This document shows, one piece after another, positions 1 through 8,630 of a DNA stretch of 64,000 bases. A program made the position numbers and the translations under genes. A model generated the notes under the pieces. It did no database searches. It had not been told where the DNA came from and worked only from the letters and a program-made list of their open reading frames with translations. Numbering within the stretch: position 1 is the first letter of the stretch; every line of letters begins with the position of its first letter. The DNA comes from Candidatus Cloacimonadota bacterium. GTDB taxonomy: Bacteria > Cloacimonadota > Cloacimonadia > JGIOTU-2. Where the stretch lies: positions 224,001-288,000 of the forward strand of contig JBNGBT010000002.1 in assembly GCA_049903315.1 (NCBI GenBank), in the 5' to 3' direction.

Positions 1-138
1 GTAGGCGGCATACGAATCAGAGAAGGGACATATCATTTCCCGGAGCACATGAAATCCTATACAAAATCTGTTGACTTGTACATTTATAGATTGGATCGAG
101 CTGTCTGGCAAAAAAATATAAAATTTGATAATAAATGA
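1..138 (+). CDS. 3' end of an upstream ORF running in from the window edge, product unknown
   Basis: Frame 1 is open from base 1 to TGA at 136-138 (VGGIRIREGTYHFPEH...NIKFDNK*); too short to assign. Confidence 0.4.
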   Translation, partial: VGGIRIREGTYHFPEHMKSYTKSVDLYIYRLDRAVWQKNIKFDNK

Positions 139-176
139 AAATGTTAAAATTTTAAAAATAAAAGGAGATTTTAGAT

Positions 177-536
177 ATGGAAAATGCAATTACTTATTTG
201 AATGCAAATCCGATTTTGTGGGTAATTCTTGGTATTTTAGCTGTTTTATTAATTGTTGCAATTATTAAAAAGATGTTCAAATTACTTATTGTACTGGTTG
301 TGATCGCACTGGTATATTTAGGTTATTTATTCTTCACAGGTAAGGAAATTCCCATGAATAAAGAGGGCTGGATCGAGCATGGTAAGGAGTTGATTGAAAA
401 AGGAAAAGATGCCGGTAAAGACCTGCTTGATAAGGGAAAAGAAGCAGGAAAAGATCTGCTAGAAAAAGGGAAAGACGCAGGTGAGGATTTGATAGAGAAA
501 GGTAAGGAGGAATTGAAGAAGAAAACAGATGGTTAG
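177..536 (+). CDS. Small membrane protein: two N-terminal TM helices plus C-terminal 11-mer amphipathic repeats
   Basis: AAGGAG SD upstream; two hydrophobic segments; repeats GKELIEKGKDA/GKDLLDKGKEA/GKDLLEKGKDA/GEDLIEKGKEE. Confidence 0.8.
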   Translation: MENAITYLNANPILWVILGILAVLLIVAIIKKMFKLLIVLVVIALVYLGYLFFTGKEIPMNKEGWIEHGKELIEKGKDAGKDLLDKGKEAGKDLLEKGKDAGEDLIEKGKEELKKKTDG

Positions 537-582
537 AATGCTGTAAAAATGTTGTTTCCTATAATTGAATTTTTCTAATTCT

Positions 583-611
583 CTCTGTGTACTCTGTGTA
601 CTCTGTGGTTA
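583..611 (-). repeat. 9-nt tandem repeat (ctctgtgta x2, ctctgtggtta); solo arm resembling the GxxExxY-flanking repeat family
   Basis: Reverse complement taaccacagagtacacagagtacacagag resembles 29431, 46359 and the arms at 61142-61762. Confidence 0.6.
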
Positions 612-636
612 TATTATAATTCTGTTTACCCTTCTA

Positions 637-1296
637 TTAGGCTCTGATCACCCCGAAACTGACTGCAGAATTTATCATTGCTTGCAGTTCATTGATGGCT
701 TTGGATACCGACTGCCCGATGAGATCCATTTTGGATATTTGGTAGATGCGTTCGGATGCTTTTTTGATTTCCTGGGCAGAAAATATCTGTTCAACAAGCC
801 CGCAGGATTTTATAAGAGATATAATTACAATATCGCGGGGTTCGGGAATTTCATCACTGAGAACGATCTTACGAATACGATTCTTGACTGTTAATTCTTC
901 TGTATTGTTAAGAATAGGATACCGCTTTTGAGGAAAAAGCCCGAGAATTTTCTTCTTCTTTTCTTCAAGAATACCGTTATTAACAAGCCGTTGTGTTAGC
1001 ACTTCTCTCAGATTGCTGTATTTGTTTCTTATCTCTTTTACCCAATATAAAGCATTCTTGCTGTCAGGATATTGCTTGATCATTTGAATAATATCATCAT
1101 AGACAGGATCACCTGTTTCAGTATCATCAATGAGGATCAGGTGCTCAAGATCAGTATCTATTTTATTTTCTAACGCAAGTTCCATCAAAATAGCTCCTGC
1201 AAGTGCGCTTTCGAAAGACATAAGCGACATAGGTAGAAAATTTCCCTTCTTGTCATCAAGAGAAAGTAAAATTAATTCTTCTGCAAAACTAAGCAT
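637..1296 (-). CDS. GOLPH3/Vps74 (GPP34) family protein
   Basis: MLSFAEELILLSLDDKKG...LAGAILMELAL...LVNNGIL...KILGLFPQKRYP matches bacterial GPP34 homologues; GGAG SD spacing favours the ATG at 1296 over 1302. Confidence 0.8.
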   Translation of the reverse strand: MLSFAEELILLSLDDKKGNFLPMSLMSFESALAGAILMELALENKIDTDLEHLILIDDTETGDPVYDDIIQMIKQYPDSKNALYWVKEIRNKYSNLREVLTQRLVNNGILEEKKKKILGLFPQKRYPILNNTEELTVKNRIRKIVLSDEIPEPRDIVIISLIKSCGLVEQIFSAQEIKKASERIYQISKMDLIGQSVSKAINELQAMINSAVSFGVIRA

Positions 1297-1478
1297 CCAC
1301 ATTCTCCATAGATTTATTTACATACGATTCACTTGAAATGAAAAAAAACAGTCAATGAAATTTATTCAATTAAAAAAATAAACTGAGAAAACATCCAAAA
1401 TGACAAATACTTTGACAAGAATAATCCATCTCCGTCATATATAGACGATATAAAGAAATGTTATTCGTTGGAGGATAG

Positions 1479-2843
1479 ATGATTAATCCGCAGATATTCA
1501 GAGAATATGATATACGTGGCATTGTTGATAAGGATCTCACAGACCATGCTGTCGAGAATATCGGGCTCAGCTTTGGCACCTATTTACATAAATTGAATTT
1601 AAAAACCGTTGCTCTCGGCGGGGACTGCCGCCTCAGCTCGAATAAATTTCGTGCAATACTCAGCAATGCGCTTCAAGAAACGGGTTGCAAAGTTATTGAT
1701 GTGGGCACAGTTCCCACACCTGTATTGTATTATGCAATAGAAAAATTGAAGACAGATGGTGGAATAATGGTTACCGGAAGTCACAATCCTCCGGAATTCA
1801 ACGGCTTTAAACTCTGCGTAGGCACCTTTTCCATTTATGGGCAGGAAATTCAGAAGATTAGAGAGATCATTGATGAGGGCGTATACATTTCCGGAGAAGG
1901 TTCTTATGAAAAATATGATTCAATCATTCAGGATTACCAGGATTATGTGGTGGAACATCTTCTATTGGACAGACCTCTCAAGGTGATCGTGGACTCAGGA
2001 AATGGCACTGCCGGACCAGTTGCGCCAGATATTTATCGCAGATTGGGATGCAAGGTCATTTCCCTTTTTGAAGAAATGGACGGCACCTTTCCAAATCATC
2101 ATCCTGATCCCACTGTCGAAAAAAATATTGAAACGCTTATCAGAAAAGTGATAGATGAAAAAGCTGATCTTGGAATTGGCTTTGATGGCGATTCCGATCG
2201 CATTGGCGCAGTTGATGAGAATGGAAATATTGTGTGGGGCGATCAGCTTCTCATGATATTTTCACGAGCTTTACTCAAAGATCACCCTGGTGCAACAATT
2301 ATTTCTGAAGTGAAAGCATCAAAAAATTTCTATGATGATGTGCGAAAACAAGGTGGAAATCCAATTATGTGGAAAACCGGGCACTCACTTATTAAGGAAA
2401 AAATGAGAGAGGAAGAAGCGCTTCTCGGTGGAGAAATGAGCGGACACATGTTCTTTGCAGATAAGTATTTCGGTTATGATGATGCAATCTATGCTGGTGG
2501 CAGACTGCTTGAAATTCTCTCCCGAACTGACAAACATCTCAGCGAACTGCTCTCTGATGTACCTCCTGTTTACAACACTCCTGAGATCAGAATTGACTGT
2601 CCTGATGAAAAGAAATTCGAGGTCGTTGAACAGGTGAAAAGTTATTTTGAAAAGAAGAAATGCAATATAAATGATATTGACGGAATGCGTATTACTTTTG
2701 AGGACGGATGGGCTTTAGTGCGCGCCTCGAACACCCAACCCGTGCTGGTACTCAGGTTTGAAAGCACTACAGAACAGCGCCTTGCTGAGATCAAAGATAT
2801 GATCATGAGAAAAGTTGAGGAGTTTATTAAAGCAGCTTCCTGA
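1479..2843 (+). CDS. algC: Phosphomannomutase/phosphoglucomutase
   Basis: IFREYDIRG start, TGSHNP phosphoserine loop, FDGDSDR metal site, GEMSGH, VRASNTQP. Confidence 0.92.
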   Translation: MINPQIFREYDIRGIVDKDLTDHAVENIGLSFGTYLHKLNLKTVALGGDCRLSSNKFRAILSNALQETGCKVIDVGTVPTPVLYYAIEKLKTDGGIMVTGSHNPPEFNGFKLCVGTFSIYGQEIQKIREIIDEGVYISGEGSYEKYDSIIQDYQDYVVEHLLLDRPLKVIVDSGNGTAGPVAPDIYRRLGCKVISLFEEMDGTFPNHHPDPTVEKNIETLIRKVIDEKADLGIGFDGDSDRIGAVDENGNIVWGDQLLMIFSRALLKDHPGATIISEVKASKNFYDDVRKQGGNPIMWKTGHSLIKEKMREEEALLGGEMSGHMFFADKYFGYDDAIYAGGRLLEILSRTDKHLSELLSDVPPVYNTPEIRIDCPDEKKFEVVEQVKSYFEKKKCNINDIDGMRITFEDGWALVRASNTQPVLVLRFESTTEQRLAEIKDMIMRKVEEFIKAAS

Positions 2844-2847
2844 TCCC

Positions 2848-3324
2848 ATGAGCTTTTCACGCGAGATATACGTTTCTGATCTGCTTTCCCCGGAAGCTAT
2901 TAGCCTCAATATTACTGAACCGAATAAAATACAGCTTCTACAATTTTTATGCACTCGCATGTCGAAAGTGTATTCTGATGTTGACGAGAAACCATTTTTC
3001 AGAGATATTTCACAAAGAGAGAATGATCTTTCCACAGGCATTGGAAATCATATTGCGATTCCTCATGCAATTTCAGAAAATGCCAAAAAACTTCACCTCT
3101 TCTTTGCTACACATACAGGCATTGAATATGACTCTCTTGATGGAAAACCGGTGAATATCATTTTTATGCTTGCAATACCTTCAGCAAAAAAACAACTATA
3201 CTCGTCATTTCTTATGCAGGTCTCTTCTCTAATGAGAATACGCGAACTAAGAGATGAATTGATAAAAGCAAAAAAATCCGAACAAGTCATAGGGCTTTTC
3301 AAAAAATATGAGAATATGAAATAA
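2848..3324 (+). CDS. PTS EIIA (Ntr/fructose-type) domain protein
   Basis: RE..STGIG..IAIPHA phospho-His motif, YDSLDGKPV; ATG at 2848 follows the algC stop. Confidence 0.85.
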   Translation: MSFSREIYVSDLLSPEAISLNITEPNKIQLLQFLCTRMSKVYSDVDEKPFFRDISQRENDLSTGIGNHIAIPHAISENAKKLHLFFATHTGIEYDSLDGKPVNIIFMLAIPSAKKQLYSSFLMQVSSLMRIRELRDELIKAKKSEQVIGLFKKYENMK

Positions 3325-6300
3325 TGAAAAAAATAGTCTGCCTTCTCATTTTATTAAGTGTTTCTGTAGTTCTTATCGCAGAAACTGAATCCATGACCCT
3401 TCATTTTACGAAGGAAGACTTTACGTTTACAAAGCAAAATAATTATGATGTGATTAATCCTCCGCAGAATAATAATTTTGTATTTACTACGGGATTAGGC
3501 GAACCGCAGCTTCCCTTGAAAATTATCACACTCTCGATCCCTTATGATAAAGAGATAAGTGAAGTGAAGATAATTCATAAAAAGGTACATGCACTCAAGG
3601 GTGAGTTCTTGCTCTATCCAGTGCAAAAGCCAAAAGTATTATCAGATGAATCTCCAATGGAGTTTATTACTGCTGATCCTGCCATCTACGGGAAATCATC
3701 AATATTCCCTGAGCATGTCCTACAAATCTCAAGATCGGGATTTCTTTCCGGATATCATCTCGGATCTTTTTTAGTGAGTCCTTTTCAATATGATTCTTTA
3801 AATAACGAGCTGGTTTTTATAGATGAACTCAAATTAGAAATAGTGTATTCTGAGAGCAAAACATCCGGCATCGAAATTTCGCAGAGAAGCCAAGCAACTC
3901 AAACCTTTCTCTCGGAGCAGATAGCAAAGGTTGCTTATAATAAAAATGATATTCATGATCCTCATACTGTTCTTAAAGAAGTTAAGGACGATATTTATGA
4001 ATACGTGATCATTACAACGAATAATTTTAAGGCAGAATTCCAGCCACTTGCTGAGTGGAAAACGCAGAAAGGAATTCGCACACTGGTTGTTTCTACCACA
4101 GATATTTTCAATAATTATGGTGGAGTTGATAATGCGGAGAAAGTAAGGAATTTCATAAAGGATTACTATCAAAACCATGGAACATTGTGGATTCTTCTTG
4201 GTGGAGATACGAATTTTGTCCCATACAGAGTAGCATTTGCTTTTGACTGTGAATATAGTTCGTATTCGGATAATTTTCTTCCCTGTGATCTTTATTTTTC
4301 CGACCTTAACGGCACATGGAATGATAACGGCAATCTGATTTACGGCGAACTTGAAGACAATATAGATATGTATCCTGATGTGTTCGTTGGTCGGGCATCT
4401 GTAGAAAACATCCAGGAAGTTACTGCCTTTGTCGATAAAATTCTCACTTATGAAAAGAATCCACCTACTGATTATCAAACAGATATGATGTTCCTTGCTC
4501 AGGTTTTATGGAATGATCCGTACACCGATTCCGGGGTAAGTAAAAATTTTATTGATGAAGCATACGTGCCATTTCAGTTCGATCCAATAACAAAGTTATA
4601 TCAATCACTTGGAAATACATCACTTGATATTGTAATGGACAGTCTTAATGCAGGAAAGCACATTGTAAATCATTGTGGTCACGCATGGTATGGATCGATG
4701 TCACTCGGTAACGGTTCACTTCATAATAGTAATATGGATAATCTTACGAATGCGCCTGCATTCTCGATATGGTACACGATCGGATGTTGGCCCGCAGCTT
4801 TTGATTATAACTGCATTGCTGAACATTGGATAAATAATGCTAATGGCGGAGGGGTAGCTTTCATAGGAAATTCACGCTATGGATGGGGAAGTCCGGGCAA
4901 TCCGCTTTATGGGTATTCAGACACATTTGATCAGGAGTTTTTTAAACAACTTTTTCAGGATGAAATACATAATATTGGTATGACTATGGCATTTGCAAAA
5001 TCTGTGTATGTGCCTTATTCAAGAAATGAGAATGTCTTCCGCTGGTGCGAATATGAGATAAACCTTCTCGGCGAACCGGAGATGCAGATATGGACTGATC
5101 TTCCGCAGAATTTATACGTAACGCATCCTGATAGTATTGCAATTGGAAATTGCGATGTGCAGATCACCGTTAGTGATGGAACGAATCCTTTGAAAAATGC
5201 TCGAGTATGTATGATGCAAAGTGATGAAATATATCAAGTGGCTTATACTGATATGCAGGGAATGGCTTATTTCTCGATTTCCACATGCAATGTAATTGAG
5301 GATATTCTTCTGACAGTAACTGCAGAGGACTATTTACCCTATCAAAGCACTATAAAGGTTATCGGAGATATTCCATATGTGATGATTGATTCTTATACAA
5401 CGAATAATTCGGTGCACGGATATGTGATACCTGGAACAAATGTAAGCGTGGATGCAGGATTCCATAATTTCGGACAGATGCCAGCACAGAATGTTGATGT
5501 TCTTCTCATAAATACAAGTGACCTTATAACGCTCATAGACAGCACTCATTATATTTCATACCTTGATCCTAAAACAGGTATCTTTGAAGAAAATGTTTTT
5601 TCCTTCTATGTTTCCCCTGAAGTTGAAAATGGGGAAGTGCTTCCAATTCAATACTCAATTACAGATAATGCAGATGGTTTGTGGGAAGGAACAATTTCAG
5701 TAACAGGTGCCTCTCCTATTTTTGAATATATATATCACCAGGTTTTCGATTCGACAAACGGGAATGGAAACAACATTCCTGAACCGGGTGAGCAGATTGA
5801 TATCAGGCTTATCGTAAAAAACACAGGGCTTTCTCAATCATTCGATACTCAACTTTCTCTTTCCTCGGATAGCCCGTGTGTGAATATACCCTATTGCATC
5901 TGGGATATTGGTGATGTGCCTGCAGGTCAGTGTACAGAATGCACAGTCACTTTGATGATAAACAGCTCATGCATTCCACCGGAATTCGCAGATATTGAAC
6001 TCGCGTTTATAGATAGTCTGGGATTTACATGTGTCGATACATTCAAACTTACAATTGGTGAGACAGGATTTTCTGATGATGTGGAATCCGGAGATGACAA
6101 ATGGACTCATTGGGGAACTGAAGATCTCTGGCATCTTACTGATCGAAAATCAGTATCCGGCGATCATAGCTGGTACTGTGGAATTGAAGATTCAACATAT
6201 TATCCTGATAATGTAAACGAAGTACTCGAATCGATTTCGTTTACTATTGGAACAAATCCTGCACTTACTTTCTGGAGCTGGTATGAATTCACAAACTACG

Positions 6301-8483
6301 GTGTAGATGGTTTTTATGTAGAGATATATAACGGCACCGAATGGGTCATCCTCGATTTTATCGGAAGCGGAGGAGCGCTTCCTATACTCACTACAAAAAA
6401 TGGCTGGCTGGAATATACGTATGACCTTTCAGATATTCCTTCGGGAACTGAATCACAAATCCGATTCCAGTTCGTAAGCGATGATGAGGATGTTGCTGAA
6501 GGTGTTTATATAGATGATGTTGTAGTATTTACGGATGATTGCCCAATTTCTGTTGATTTTATTGCAGATACCTTTTATGGTGAAGAACCGGTCAGCGTGC
6601 AGTTTTCTGATCTCAGTTATGCTGAAACAGGTCCGATCACAAGCTGGGATTGGGATTTTGGAGATGGAAATACTTCACTCGAAATGGATCCCCAGCACAC
6701 TTATATTGAAGACGGATTATATACAGTCACATTGCAGGTAGCAGACCAATTCGGAATTACATCATTTACAAAAAAAACTGATTATCTTCATATCCTGCCT
6801 GATACAACGAAGACAGTATATGTGAATCCTGACGGCACAGGTGATTTCACAAATATTTCAGAAGCGCTTGATGTTCTGAATGCAGGGGACAGTCTCATCA
6901 TCGCAGACGGAGTGTATGAAGGGATAATGAATACCGGTCTGGCTATCCCGAAAGATAATATCACGATCAGCTCTGAGAATGGTTATGAAAATTGTATTAT
7001 AGACGGAAGTGATCTTTATACTGCTTTTATGTGTGGATTTAAGGATGGAGTTACATTTTCAGGCATTACATTCTCTCACTGTTATCATAATGGATATGGA
7101 GGTGCAATAAGCACGAATGGCTCCACAACATTTATGAATTGCCTTTTTCAAGAATGTTCTTCAGATTATGATGGCGGTGCGATCTGGGCTGTTGGCGGAA
7201 CTTACTTAGAGATTGAAGATTGCCTTTTTGAAAACTGTGCTGCAGATGAAGGTGGTGCAGCTTACATCGAGCTCCTTGAAGAAGTTACGGTTAGAAATAG
7301 TGAGTTTTTATATTGCCAGAGTAATGATGATTCAGGTGGTGCACTCTACTTGAATGTCATCAATACCCTTGATATCAACTCTTGTGATTTTAATCAATGC
7401 AGTGCTTTGACTCCTGGTGAGGGTGGCGCAATCGTTACAAAAGATGTGTACTCAATGCAGATAAAGAATTCTCATTTCAACGAATGCGAGTCTGTTATTA
7501 ATGGAGGAGCTTTACACACTGAGGATTGCCAGGATGCCCTATTCGATTCATGCTCATTTATGTATAATGAGTCGGCAAGTGGTGGTGCGATCAAATTGGA
7601 AAATTCTTCTGTAGATATTACACATTGCGAATTCGGTTTCAATGAAGCGACTATCGGCGCAGGATGTTACATTGGACAGGGATCAATGGTCATAATCGAC
7701 AATTCATTGTTTTATGAAAATTCAAGCACTGCGACGAACTCCAAAGGGGGAGCACTTTATATTAATGATTGTGTGACTGCAGTAATAAATTCTACGATTG
7801 CCAATAATAACATGAATTCTCAGGGAGGTGGTATCAGTCATCTTGGTACTCATGTAATGTCAGTCTACAATTCGATACTGTGGAACAACTATCCGACAGA
7901 TATTTGGGCTGTTGATTCTACAAGAATAAATATCGCATATTCCGATGTAACAGAGCCATGGAACGGGCAGGGAAATATTTCTGCTGATCCACTTTTTGTG
8001 AATGTGTCAACATATGATTATCATTTTGATGAACTTTCCCCTTGCATCGATGTGGGGAGAAATAATTATGTGCAGGTGGAAACCGATCTTGATACACATG
8101 TACGTATTTGGGATGGTTCGGGAATTGGAGAAGCCATCGTGGATATGGGGTGTTACGAATACGGTGCACCAATTTTTTCTGTTGATCCAGATATTCCACA
8201 ATACGATGGAGCTTCTCTTGTAAAGAACTTCCCGAATCCGTTTACAAATCAAACAAAAATAAGTTACTATTTACCTACTCAGCTGCACTGTTCCATAGCG
8301 ATCTATAATATTAAAGGACAAAAGGTTGTCTCGCTCGTAAGTCAAATGGAGCAAGCAGGATATCACACTGTTAAATGGGATGGGAAGGATCATTATGATA
8401 TAGATGTAGCCAACGGTATTTACTTCTACATTTTGGAAACAGAAAAACAAAAATCTGTAAGGAAGTTAGTTCTGATGAGATGA
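3324..8483 (+). CDS. Secreted C25 (gingipain-family) cysteine peptidase with propeptide, Ig-like domains, PKD domain, Pmp-like beta-helix and FlgD-Ig/T9SS-like C-terminal sorting domain
   Basis: Signal peptide; LLGGD, DLYFSDL, VGR, NHCGH (His), IGCW (Cys), NLLGEPEM; SWDWDFGDG (PKD); GGA-x repeats; DMGCYEY; NFPNPF...NGIYFY...RKLVLMR. Confidence 0.88.
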   Translation: MKKIVCLLILLSVSVVLIAETESMTLHFTKEDFTFTKQNNYDVINPPQNNNFVFTTGLGEPQLPLKIITLSIPYDKEISEVKIIHKKVHALKGEFLLYPVQKPKVLSDESPMEFITADPAIYGKSSIFPEHVLQISRSGFLSGYHLGSFLVSPFQYDSLNNELVFIDELKLEIVYSESKTSGIEISQRSQATQTFLSEQIAKVAYNKNDIHDPHTVLKEVKDDIYEYVIITTNNFKAEFQPLAEWKTQKGIRTLVVSTTDIFNNYGGVDNAEKVRNFIKDYYQNHGTLWILLGGDTNFVPYRVAFAFDCEYSSYSDNFLPCDLYFSDLNGTWNDNGNLIYGELEDNIDMYPDVFVGRASVENIQEVTAFVDKILTYEKNPPTDYQTDMMFLAQVLWNDPYTDSGVSKNFIDEAYVPFQFDPITKLYQSLGNTSLDIVMDSLNAGKHIVNHCGHAWYGSMSLGNGSLHNSNMDNLTNAPAFSIWYTIGCWPAAFDYNCIAEHWINNANGGGVAFIGNSRYGWGSPGNPLYGYSDTFDQEFFKQLFQDEIHNIGMTMAFAKSVYVPYSRNENVFRWCEYEINLLGEPEMQIWTDLPQNLYVTHPDSIAIGNCDVQITVSDGTNPLKNARVCMMQSDEIYQVAYTDMQGMAYFSISTCNVIEDILLTVTAEDYLPYQSTIKVIGDIPYVMIDSYTTNNSVHGYVIPGTNVSVDAGFHNFGQMPAQNVDVLLINTSDLITLIDSTHYISYLDPKTGIFEENVFSFYVSPEVENGEVLPIQYSITDNADGLWEGTISVTGASPIFEYIYHQVFDSTNGNGNNIPEPGEQIDIRLIVKNTGLSQSFDTQLSLSSDSPCVNIPYCIWDIGDVPAGQCTECTVTLMINSSCIPPEFADIELAFIDSLGFTCVDTFKLTIGETGFSDDVESGDDKWTHWGTEDLWHLTDRKSVSGDHSWYCGIEDSTYYPDNVNEVLESISFTIGTNPALTFWSWYEFTNYGVDGFYVEIYNGTEWVILDFIGSGGALPILTTKNGWLEYTYDLSDIPSGTESQIRFQFVSDDEDVAEGVYIDDVVVFTDDCPISVDFIADTFYGEEPVSVQFSDLSYAETGPITSWDWDFGDGNTSLEMDPQHTYIEDGLYTVTLQVADQFGITSFTKKTDYLHILPDTTKTVYVNPDGTGDFTNISEALDVLNAGDSLIIADGVYEGIMNTGLAIPKDNITISSENGYENCIIDGSDLYTAFMCGFKDGVTFSGITFSHCYHNGYGGAISTNGSTTFMNCLFQECSSDYDGGAIWAVGGTYLEIEDCLFENCAADEGGAAYIELLEEVTVRNSEFLYCQSNDDSGGALYLNVINTLDINSCDFNQCSALTPGEGGAIVTKDVYSMQIKNSHFNECESVINGGALHTEDCQDALFDSCSFMYNESASGGAIKLENSSVDITHCEFGFNEATIGAGCYIGQGSMVIIDNSLFYENSSTATNSKGGALYINDCVTAVINSTIANNNMNSQGGGISHLGTHVMSVYNSILWNNYPTDIWAVDSTRINIAYSDVTEPWNGQGNISADPLFVNVSTYDYHFDELSPCIDVGRNNYVQVETDLDTHVRIWDGSGIGEAIVDMGCYEYGAPIFSVDPDIPQYDGASLVKNFPNPFTNQTKISYYLPTQLHCSIAIYNIKGQKVVSLVSQMEQAGYHTVKWDGKDHYDIDVANGIYFYILETEKQKSVRKLVLMR

Positions 8484-8630
8484 TATGAAACCAGTTTTCG
8501 CATGTAAACCATAGTAAGGTAATATCTGGGGAATATTAATTAACTACCACTCCTATAGTCTTTTATATATCTTGACGCATTACACTACCCATTTTTCCGT
8601 AACCCCCCAAAAACAAAAGGAGATCTTTAA

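Noticed and set aside
565..894. 109-aa ORF with LCVLCVLCG
   Set aside because: The motif is the translation of the 9-nt repeat; the rest is antisense to the GOLPH3-like gene
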